A DNA stretch of 64,000 nucleotides, taken from assembly GCA_028534125.1 (NCBI GenBank), contig CM052832.1:33728001-33792000 (forward strand), in the 5' to 3' direction. The notes under the pieces were generated by a model, which was not told the DNA's origin, searched no databases, and was given only the letters and a program-made list of their open reading frames with translations. Every line of letters starts with the position of its first letter. Within the stretch, counting starts at the first letter, position 1. This document shows positions 36,824 to 46,530 of this stretch, in pieces. The translations under genes and the position numbers were made by a program. The stretch comes from Lama glama. Lineage: Eukaryota.

Positions 36824-39368
36824 CAGACAGAGCAGTGGAACAGAACAGACAGCCCAGAAGAAAACCTACACACATGTGGTCAACAAGTTTACAACAAAGG
36901 AGGCAAGAAGATGCAACAGGAAGAGGACAGTCACTTCAGTAAACCGTGTTGGGAAAACCGGACAGCCACCTGGAGAAGAACGGAACTGGACCACTGTCTC
37001 ACACCACACACAGAAGTTAACTCAAAACAGATCAGATACTTGAACCTGAAACCAAAAACTTCTAGAGGAAAACGTAGGCAGTAAACTTGTGGATGTCAGT
37101 TTGGATGATGGTCTTTTGGATTTAACACCAAAACCAAAGGCCACCAAAGCAAAACTAAACGAGCGGGACTGCATCACCCTGAAAAGTCTCTGCTCAGCAC
37201 GGGGAACCGGCAGTAAAACGAAAAGGCAGCCTCTGGAGGGGGGGCAGTGTTTGCAAACCATGCGTCTCATGAGGGGTTAGCATGTGTGAAGAGCTTGCTC
37301 AACTCTGGCAAAACAGCCGGGAACAGAGCACACAGACAGTCCGATTCGAAAAACAGGCAGAGGCTGCGGATCGACGCTTTTCCAGAGAAGACGTGGAGAT
37401 GCCGACGGGGGCCTGGTGCCCAGCACCTCTCACCGTCAGGCGGGTGCCGGTCAGGGCCCCGAGACGCCCCCTCACACCGGCAGAGTGGCCGTCGTCAGAA
37501 AGGCCAGAGGGAACGCGCGCTGGGAGGATGTGGAGAAAGGGACCCGTGCACTCTGTGGCTGGGGGTGTGGGTCCGTGCGGCCAGTACTGGAAAGCAGCGT
37601 GGAGATTCCTCAGAAAGTTAGAGATAGAACCACCGCACGACCCAGCAACTCCTCTTCTGGGTGCTGATCAAAGGAAACAAAGACCCCCAACTAGAAAAGG
37701 CATCTGCACCCCCACTTTCACTGCAGGCCGACTCACGGCAGCCGAGACCCGGGGGCGGCCCAGGTGCGCCTGACGGGCGAGCGGACCAAGCAGGTGAGGA
37801 GCGCGCCCGTGTGCGTGGGTGTGAACACCGCTCGTCCGAAAGGGGAGCGCGTCCTGCCTTTGCAGCGATGTGGATGGGACTTGAGGACGTCGTCCTAAAT
37901 GAGGACGGCGTACAGCCTCACGTACACGTGGAATCTGAGAAGAACTAGGCTCATAGACATGGAGAGCAGGCTGGTGGTCGCCAGGGGCAGATGGCGGGGA
38001 GTGGGCAAAGTGGGGGAGGGGGGTCACAGGTACAAACTCCAGTGAGAAGTGCTTTGTGGGGCTGTAACATTCAGCATGGCGACTGCAGTTGCTAATACTG
38101 GATTGTGTATTTGAGAGCTGCTAACAAATTTTGTAACCCTGTGTGGATGTTGACTAGATACATTGTGGTAATAATTTTGCAATATACGTGTATATCGAAT
38201 CATTATGTTTTACACCTGAAACTAATATAATGTTATGTGTCGATTGTATCTCAGTGGAAAAACCACAATGACATTCTGCTTCACACCCACCGGGACGTCT
38301 GTAATCAAAGAGACAGACCACAAAAGTGCTGGGTGGGGTGTAGAGAAACTGGAGTCCTCGCTCACTGCCGGGAAGGCTATGAAATGGCGCAGCCGCTTTG
38401 GAGAACAGTCTGGCGTTTCCTCAGGAGGGTGCACACAGTGTTGTCAAATGACTCAGGGTACGTCCTAGAGAAGGGAAAATGTATGTGAAAGAGGCCAGTC
38501 ACAGAGGCTGCATGTTGTACGTGGTTCCGCTTACACGGTCTGTGCAGGAAGGTGAATGCACCCGGGCGGGAGGCAGAGCGTGGCTGTCGGGCGGGGGCAG
38601 GAGGGGAAGTGACCGCGCATGGGCACGGGGTTTCTCCTGGGGACGGCGAAGATGTTCTGGAGCTAGAAGATTGTATGATGCTGTGAATATGCTAAAAACC
38701 ACCGGGTTGTATAAAACTATGAATTTTGTGTTATGTCAGTTTTATTGCAACAAACGGTTACATAAAAATAATAAAATAGCCCCCAATTTGACTTTCTCGG
38801 CTTTGGAAGGTTGTGAGTGAAACATACTGTCTTCTGTTTTGTTTCTTGGCTGCCACGTGAGCTTTACCCACAGGCCTGGAGAACAGAGGTGAATTCCGTG
38901 GTCGGAGTCAGATGCCTGGTGGGTGGGCTCGGAAGGTCCCTGTGCCCCCTGAGCACAGCTGAGGCCACCGCGCTAACAGGGACACTCGGGACTGGGCAGG
39001 CTGCGCGCTCAGCGGACAGCGGGAGGCACGGCCGCCCTGTGCTGCTGAGTCTGGCCAGGGACAGAGATTCTCAGCCTTACTATTTTAGGACATTTGGACA
39101 TTAGGTTAATTTATTGTATTTACAAATAATGTGAGAAAAAAGCGTATCAGTCACAATTGTTTTTCTAAAGAATATGTTCGAGAACTGGGGCAAGACACTG
39201 AGTTCTCCCTTAATTCCCCGTCCTCAGGAGTCGTTCAGGGCGCACCCACGTCTGGCCGCATTCAGTGTGCCGCAGAGGTAAACGACGTGCAGATAGGCGG
39301 TGGAATATACTGAAAGCCATTCTTGTAGGTTAAGTAAACTGAGAACTAAATCAACTTTGCTCCAAAAG

Positions 39369-39524
39369 CACGTGTTCTCAAACTTCATTGTGCATAATCA
39401 ACTGGGACTCAGTGAAGCTGTGAACTTCCCAGCACCCCCAACCCCCAGAGGTGGTTCTGTCTGAGTGTTGAAGGGGCAGCCGGATGACCCTGAGGAGCAG
39501 GCGTCTGCGTCTTGAAAAACACTG
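39369..39524 (-). mobile_element. MER5-like hAT-Charlie MITE
   Basis: Terminal inverted repeats cacgtgttctcaaa ... ttgaaaaacactg. The interior (cttcattgtgcataatcaactgg...cccccagagg) resembles antisense MER5A. Confidence 0.65.
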
Positions 39525-39776
39525 TTGGGGGGCTTCAGCCGAGAACTGGGAGGTGACACGTGTGGTCACAGCGGCCTTCATGTTACCGCAGATAATGAAG
39601 CCCTGTCCCATTCGATGTTAGAGACAGAGGCCGCCCCAGTCTCATTCTGCTGTTGGAAAGCACTGTTCTTGACAAGCAGAGCATTTCAGGGTAGGAGAAA
39701 GCAGAGTCCTGCTACCCCGGTGGCACCTCCGTTGCTCTTGCTGTGAATTTAGCCCCATCTTCCCTGCTGTTCCCAG

Positions 39777-39969
39777 ATCTCCTTCGACCTGGCCGAGTAC
39801 ACGGCTGACGTGGACGGGGTTGGCACCTTGCGGCTCCTGGACGCGGTCAAGACCTGTGGGCTCATCGGCTCCGTGAAGTTCTACCAGGCCTCCACGAGCG
39901 AGCTCTACGGGAAAGTGCAGGAAATACCCCAGAAGGAGACCACGCCTTTCTACCCTCGGTCGCCATACG
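39777..39969 (+). CDS. GMDS: GDP-mannose 4,6-dehydratase coding exon (human exon 5 equivalent), phase 0 to phase 1
   Basis: Acceptor cttccctgctgttcccAG|ATC, donor TACG|GTgagg, 193 nt. Encodes [64 protein letters not shown](G), including the catalytic Thr/Glu (ASTSE) and the Tyr of the SDR YxxxK motif. Confidence 0.98.
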
Positions 39970-40695
39970 GTGAGGGCGCGCGTGGCGGGTGTTCCTGCTG
40001 GGGTTCTGTCCTGCCTCCAGCTGGCGTCACCTGCTGAGGGCCCCACTGGGGTTGGCTGAAGCGATGGTCCTGCGGGGACGCGCACCTCGTACCTGGCTGC
40101 CCGCTGGGCCTGGGCCTGCCGTTGCCTCCGGGAGGAATCCCCACCTCCCGTCCCCATCCTTGCTCACATGGCCCTTCCGTACCGATCACTTTAAAAGGAG
40201 AACTCGGCCCAGCAGGATTCGTTTTACTGAGCTGTCAGGAGACTGTGCTGAAGAGATAAGGTTTCGGGTCTTTTACTTCCATTTCCCTGATGAACGTCTC
40301 CCTGAGCTCCAACCCTTAAACGAAGTCTGTTACACATAATATATTTATAAAAGGAGTATTCATGAAATACTAAAGTGACAAAATGTGAAAGCATCTAGAC
40401 TATTAAGATCTCCATTTTTTTTTTTTTTTTTACTTCCCAATTCCTTAAAGCTAAGAAGAAGGGAGTAAGACCCAGGAAAGGGCACTTTGACATGTTGCAC
40501 ACACTGCAGTTGAGTTGATTGGACTGTAAAAGAGCAAACCGTGGTTGTTACAGAGGCAGGACGCTCCTGAGTGTTCCGTCACCGCACGGTTAACTGGGAA
40601 AGGGGCCTTTATTTTGTCTTGGGCTTTTGGTTCTTTTTTTCTATCTTGACACGTTACAAATTGTAAATTTTGCACGTTGTTGCTTGTTGACATGA

Positions 40696-40950
<255 letters not shown>

Positions 40951-42434
40951 TGAAGAAACGTAAATCCTCCTCAGTTACTTACCAGTTTTGCTGGCTTTTC
41001 TATTCAGAGTCCTGGTTTCACTGTTTCCTTGGCTGGTCCGTCCAGCTGGGTTTCAGCCTGAGTGTCAGGACGTGTTGTGGGAACGTCCAGGGCTTGTCCC
41101 TGACGCCGCTGACTCCCGGACGCACTGCCGGTCATCTGTCTGTTCTCACCTCGAGTCAGTAGGGTGTTCAGAAACTTGCTTTACCTTCCATTTAAGCAAA
41201 CACTCAGAGATTACTATGCTTCTAGACTATTTAAGATACATTTGAAATCACTTACGTTTAGAATCGCGAGCGCGTTTTGGAGAAAACTGTATTTGTTTGC
41301 GTCGGTCTTTCCGCGGTCATTGTCGAGACTGTCAGCGCCACGCCAGCTCTCCCATCCCAAGTACTAGGTTTTAAGTAAGAGAATATGTACTCCTACCATC
41401 ACTTCTGATTTACTGAAGCGTGGGGCGTCGTGACAAAGCACGTGCGCTCTACAGAGCAAAAATCGTGCGCCCTGATTCTAAGAAGTTTGCTTAGGTCTCA
41501 CTGTCGTTCAGCCTTTTAGCTTGAGAACGCATGAGGGGTCCAGCGCCGTACGGTTTCCGTGGCCGACCGTTAACGCTTAGAGCTCCATCAGTGAGATTCC
41601 TGTGACTGTGCAGCCGCGTAATTAAACCAGCGAGTCACGAGAAAGAAGGAATGTGACACTTAAGAGGTGTGTTTAGTGTCAGAACGCTTTCGTTTTGTAA
41701 ATGTGGAAGTTAAAATTTCCCACGATGTGCTGGCCAGGCATCAGAATCCAGCCCGTGGTCCCTGTTGTGGGAAGGAAAGCAAGTGAAGGGCGGCCGAACC
41801 TTCCTGTCTTTGAATTCTGCGCTTCCGGGTGTCCTCGGCAGAGAGGGGGGAGGGAGGTTCCGCTGCCGGGCCTGGGGCCCCGGGGAGCCGCCCTCCGCGG
41901 TGGGTTCAGGCCACGACTACCGCTGCCTCCTCCGTCAGTCGGGGAGGCGCACGTTGTTACCTGGTTTCTGTGCCCCCTCAGCTTTCCCACCTGCAAGAAA
42001 TACACGTGTTCCGGATCAGGTTAGGATCAGGAAAGCACTCTTAGTGCAGAACGAGAAGGCGCGTGTGGCTGTACCTCCCCATCCTCCACTGCACACCCCC
42101 TCAGAAGAGCTGTTTTTTGTCTTTGTCTACGTTAATCACTTTTTAAAAAATACATTTTAAAAGTAATTTTTTTTTATTTGAAAGAAAAGTAAACAGTAGA
42201 GGCTGGTATAAGGAGAAAGGTAAGCTCCCTCCCTGTGCGGACGGCCGGCCCTGCCCTGAGCCCACTGTTCACACCCTGCAGAAGTGTCGCCGGTGCCCGT
42301 CTCTGGCACACGCACACGGTGTGCTGCATCTGGGGTTAACCTTTGCTAAAGACTTGACCTGTGGCATGTTCCATTTTGTTTTGTTTTCATTATATATCTG
42401 GATTTTTTTAATATTCCCTATTCACATTAAAAAA

Positions 42435-42562
42435 TTTTTTTTTAGTGGAGGGAGGTAATTAAGTTTATTTATTTAAACTTTTTTAATGGAGGGACTGGGA
42501 ATTGAACCCAGGACCTTGTGCATGCTAAGCACGTGCTCTACCCCTGAGCTACGCCCTCCCCC
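42435..42562 (-). mobile_element. tRNA-Ala(AGC)-derived SINE, Vic-1-like (camelid)
   Basis: Minus strand reads GGGGGAGGGCGTAGCTCAGGGGTAGAGCACGTGCTTAGCATGCACAAGGTCCTGGGTTCAATTCCCAGTCCCTCCA, then TTAAAAAAGTTTAAATAAATAAACTTAATTACCTCCCTCCACT and A9. A and B boxes are present. Confidence 0.9.
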
Positions 42563-42809
42563 TTATTATGCATCTGGAAACCAATGAGATCTCATTTTCT
42601 ATTTCCTTCGTATAAGCAAATAATGAAAAATGATGACTGTCGAGGTAGGTGTGCAAGTGATGTAATACTTGTTTGGTAACTGATCCTCAGTGCTTACAGC
42701 ACTTCTTGAAAATGGAAATTTCGGCTTCATACTAATTAGCCTGACAGTGGTGTGGTCGTGCTGCCACACTTCGCTGTCGTTTTCCACGGAGATTCTTTGC
42801 CACTCTGAG

Positions 42810-42920
42810 AGTGCCTCCACGGTGGGGACTGTGTCGGGTTCCTGAATGCCCAGCCCCCACAGCGGTGCCTGTCTGCTCACGAGCGTTCAGCAAATACCTT
42901 TCAGTGGACGAACGGAGGAA
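42810..42920 (+). mobile_element. L2 3'-end fragment
   Basis: cccagcccccacagcggtgcctgtctgctcacgagcgttcagcaaatacctttcagtggacgaacgg resembles the L2 terminus cagtgcctggcacatagtaggcgctcaataaatatttgttgaatgaatgaa. Confidence 0.55.
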
Positions 42921-43067
42921 CAGCTCATGTCTCGGTAAACCTTCGCTGACCTGGAAGTTAGGCGGTCTGCACTGGAGAACGCTGGGGGTTTATAGGATAG
43001 TCTCAAATAAATGCTGTCTTGCTAATTTCATACAGACAGCAGCTGAAGGTGGCCTGCTGTTCTGCTT

Positions 43068-43220
43068 CTCACTGAGGTGCAGTTGATTTACAGTTTACAT
43101 CAGTTTCAGGTGTACAGCGTAGCGATTCACAGTCTTCAGAGGCTGCACGCCATTTAGTTATTAGAAAATGCTGGGTGCTCCCCGGCTGGACGGTAGTCCT
43201 ACAGCTGTTTTATACATGGT
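43068..43220 (-). mobile_element. L1 3'-terminal fragment (artiodactyl type)
   Basis: actgaggtgcagttgatttacagtttacatcagtttcaggtgtacagcgtagcgattcac...ttttatacatggtag. Confidence 0.65.
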
Positions 43221-43582
43221 AGCTGGTGGCGAACTGCTCTGAGGGAAAGTTCAGCCTGGTACACTTTATAAATGAACCAAACTCCTTTCAGTTCATCCTC
43301 GTATGTGCCTGTGATCGCACCAGCGCTCGGAGTGGGTTTGTCGCCTTAAGTAGGTGAGCACTATCTCTGACCGTTGCGCTGATGAGCCTCGGCCTGGCCT
43401 CGGGCCCCTCACCACAGGTGCCCTGTTAAGTGGAGCCCATGTGGATGCTGCCTTTTGGGGACATGTCTTTTTTTTCTAACAAAAGATAATTGACAAGGCT
43501 GTTTTGACTGCATGTAGATTCCATGAGAATCTCTGACCTTAAATAGTACAGAAGTATTTTCTAGTAGAAAGAAATTGTAGAC

Positions 43583-43780
43583 TAGAGGTTGGCAAACGGT
43601 GGCTCACCGGCCCAGTCCAGCCCCCAGCCTCTTGTTGTAAGTGGCGTGCTGGTGGCGCTCGCCCGCGCTGGGGGTCACGTGGGACCCGCGGCCGCTTCCC
43701 CTGCACGGGCCCCACGTGCTTCCTGCTCGGCCCTGTAAGGTGTCTGCTGGCCCCACTGGGGAGCAGTTGGGTCTTCAACA
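43583..43780 (+). mobile_element. MER58-like hAT-Charlie MITE
   Basis: Starts tagaggttggcaaacggtggctcaccggcccagtccagcccccagcctcttgttgtaa (compare caggggtcggcaaactacggcccgcgggccaaatccggcccgccgcctgtttttgtaa). Length about 200 bp. Confidence 0.55.
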
Positions 43781-43989
43781 TCCCAAAACCTTCAGTTGGG
43801 TTTCTTTGTGTATGTGGAAATTAACACATAACTCCGTGTGAAAACTTTCTAATGTAAAAGTATTTATTAGCCCATCAGGTAGCGTCCTTTCTCTGAAGGA
43901 GCTCTCAGGGGATGCACAGTTGACAGCCGCCACAGTGTAGTCTCCCCAGGACCGTCAGAATTTATGAGACAGAAAGGAATTTAAAGACC

Positions 43990-44090
43990 ATTCCACTCTT
44001 TATTTCATCAGTGAAGAAACTGAAGCAGCGTGAGACCGAGTGTCCGAGGTCACAGAACTAACAGACGCCAGCAGTGAGGCCAGGGACGGT
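43990..44090 (-). mobile_element. MIR SINE fragment
   Basis: tttcatcagtgaagaaactgaagcagcgtgagaccgagtgtccgaggtcacagaactaacag is the antisense MIR core. Confidence 0.65.
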
Positions 44091-44904
44091 CGTGGGGCCG
44101 GCGGGAGCAGCGCATGCGTGTCCCCTTGTAGGGCTCACGCGTGTGTGGGGCTCAGAGGGAGCAGACCACACCCCCTCCGCAGGCACAGCTGGGACTCGGC
44201 GCGAATGAAGCCCTGTTCTCCTCTTTGCTAAAAGGCATCCGTTCGTTTGGCTAAATGCAATATTCCCTGCCAGGTGTTCAGCAGAAATAGTTGTAATCAA
44301 ACGCCAGTTTTATGATGTTTAAGTACAAATGTGATACGAAGCGAATAACATATCCTGAGTATCACCAAAACTGGCCAAGAGAGAAAACAGAGCTAACACA
44401 AAGGCGCTAGAACCCACGTGGCAGGAAGAAGTGGTGAGGCGCTTCAGGTGCACCGTAAGGAGCAGCCTGACCACCGCGAGGGGGCGGGGCGCTGCCCCTG
44501 GTAGATGTGCAGCCGTTTTTGGGGGATACAGCACGTTCCCCCGAGTGTGGGCTTCAGGAGAAATCACATGGATCGGTCTAATCACAGTGTTCACCTGACT
44601 GAGAGAATCTGGCATCTTAAGGTTCATGAACTTGTGGTTTTAAATTTTAGACTTGAGCTTTTTTTTTTTAACTGCCAAGTGTTTTGCTTCTTAAAATGTC
44701 TAAGTATATTTATTATCATAAGTTAATCTTCAGATTTTTTAAAACTATAATTCATGTAAAAATTAACTACCTAAGTCACAGTAAAATCCTGGAGACGTTT
44801 CCCCTTTATTTTTTCTAGAGATTGTTCTGCATTCGTTGCTGTAAAGAAGAGATTAATGCTGCAGGATCGGATTCTCCCCAGGAGTGGAGGATTGGGCGAG
44901 GGGA

Positions 44905-45060
44905 GAGGGTGACCTTGCCCCTGGAGGGTGTGTGACAGTGTCTGAGGACATTGCTGGCTGTCTCCACTGGAGGTGGGGTGTGTGGCCAGCATCTTGGGTG
45001 CCCGCAGCAGTCCTCCCTCTGGGGGCAGCCGTCCTCACCCCCGACTTGCCGCCAGGTCTA
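44905..45060 (+). mobile_element. MER20-like hAT-Charlie MITE
   Basis: gtgaccttgcccctggagggtgtgtgacagtgtctgaggacattgctggctgtctccactggaggtgggg resembles MER20 (gcgattttgccccccaggggacatttggcaatgtctggagacatttttggttgtcacaactggggg). Confidence 0.55.
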
Positions 45061-46394
45061 GATGAGTGTCACCTTCAGTACAGGATCTTCTTTTCCTTCC
45101 CGTGTCACTTGTGCTCCGCAGAGCCTCCTCCGGAGAGCTACGGCGGACGTTCAGCTGGACGAGGGGAAGGGCCCCGGCCTGAGCAGCCCCGTGGGGACCT
45201 GTGGGGCCTTCAGTGTCCTGGTGGCTGCAGGCCCGACCCCGGTCAGGGGAGCCCAGGGGACAGAGCTGTCATTCCCGGCTCTCCGGACCACTTGGGGCTG
45301 AATTCTGTCTTCAGTGAGCCCTGGTCCACAGACCCGTGTCCAGGTGGGTCTGTGACCCTCCTTCCACCTCCAGAGTAAATGAGCGTTTTTAGCTTTTGTC
45401 ACAAACTGTAGCAAGAGCACAGCTTTCCTTTGGGGTGTAAGCTGCAGGCTCTGTGTTCCGGTAGAAGGCGACCATCAAAACGGATTCAAGGTGGGATTTC
45501 TCCACACGTAGGATGGTAGTGAGGTTACTGTGTGTATTTGGGGATTCTCCTGTAAACTTACCGGCGTTCACAGGTATTTTGTGCTTCAAGCGAGATCAGA
45601 ACTCCCAGTGTGAGCGAGACAGCCGGGACTTGCTTCATCTAAAATCCCGATGGACAGAAAGCACTCCTCTTCCTGGACGTGTGTGTCTGTGAATAAAATA
45701 AGCCTCAAGAAATTCCGCAGCTAGTGTTGGTCAGTCTGGCTGCACAGGTAGATCCCGCTGCTGCAGAAATACCTGGAAACGAGGAAGCCACCGTCGAACC
45801 GCCCGATGCTCTGCGCTCTTGTCTGTTGAAGGAGCCGTGGCAGGTTTTGGATGAGCACCGCGGCCTTAATTCACCGAATGCAGTTCAGCCGCCCGTCGTG
45901 AGGCCAGGGCTGCGTGATGTCGCCTTAGGGCTGAGCGGAGCCTCGCAGGTTTGCACTGAACCGTGTTGTCTGTGGTGAGCGCTTGGACTGTGGGCCACTC
46001 ATCTGGACCCACAGGTGCCAGGTGGCCTCTCCGGTGGACCCTGGTGCTTGGAGGTCGCAGAGCCGTGGGCCTGGGTTGTCCTCCTTGGAGAGATGAGCTG
46101 CAACTGCACAAACATGGAAGGCTTTTGAAGCAGTACTTGGTCTCACTGAGGTGGGTGTTACCACTGAAGAGAGTCAAGTCCTTCCCACCTGGTGAGGTGA
46201 GACTTCCGGGATTGTTTAGTTGACTTTTCAAGTGCTCTGCAGTTTCTGTGGCATTTGCATTTGAAGCCAGGCTGGCGAGCGTCCGGTGCCGCAGGGCAGG
46301 GCTCCCCCATGTCAGCAGGCTGGGCTCTCGTGCTGAGGGCGCGTCCAGCCCCGGGACCCACGCAGACCCGTGTCCTCGTCTGCCTGACTGGTAA

Positions 46395-46530
46395 ATGAGG
46401 GACTTCGGGCAAGTTTCTGGGTCTCTGCGAGCCTCCGTCTTCTCATCCGTGAAGTGGGATGATCAGGTCTGCACGTGGGCTGTTGTGAGCAGTGAAGGAC
46501 GTGATGTAAGTGAAGGGGCAGCACATCCCG
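46395..46530 (+). mobile_element. MIR SINE fragment
   Basis: gggacttcgggcaagtttctgggtctctgcgagcctccgtcttctcatccgtgaagtgggatgat...gggctgttgtgagcagtgaagg is the MIR core and tail. Confidence 0.7.

Larger units (their letters stand above)
35899..38257 (+). mobile_element. Middle L1 layer (L1MA-like), 5'-truncated ORF2 plus 3' UTR, itself interrupted at 36066-36823
   Basis: VTLSDFKL (ITLPDFKLYYKA homolog) before the break, then QWNRTDSPEENLHTCGQQVYNKGGK...WENRTAT after it. ORF 37282-37773 has WKAAWRFLRKLEIEPPHDPATPLLG. An L1MA-type 3' UTR runs 37940-38257 and ends ...gtcgattgtatctcagtgg. Confidence 0.85.
35330..38780 (+). mobile_element. Oldest L1 layer (L1MC/ME-like): ORF2 3' part 35330-35898, resuming 38258-38780 with 3' UTR
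   Basis: 35420-35500 and 35660-35770 follow ORF2 (DLNV..., KRQP..EKIFA..SDKGL). The sequence breaks at caaggccacagtga and resumes at aaaaaccacaatga. ORF 38237-38488 contains QPLWRTVWRFL, homologous to the L1 ORF2 C-terminus. Confidence 0.75.

Noticed and set aside
39810-40037. ORF-track call MDGVGTLR... as a standalone gene
   Set aside because: It is GMDS exon 5 read from an internal GTG and run past the donor at 39969 into the intron. The ORF at 40699-40953 is the same artefact around exon 6.
42487-42558. tRNA-Ala(AGC) gene
   Set aside because: The acceptor stem is out of register and the head is followed by a SINE-specific tail and A run; reported as a SINE.
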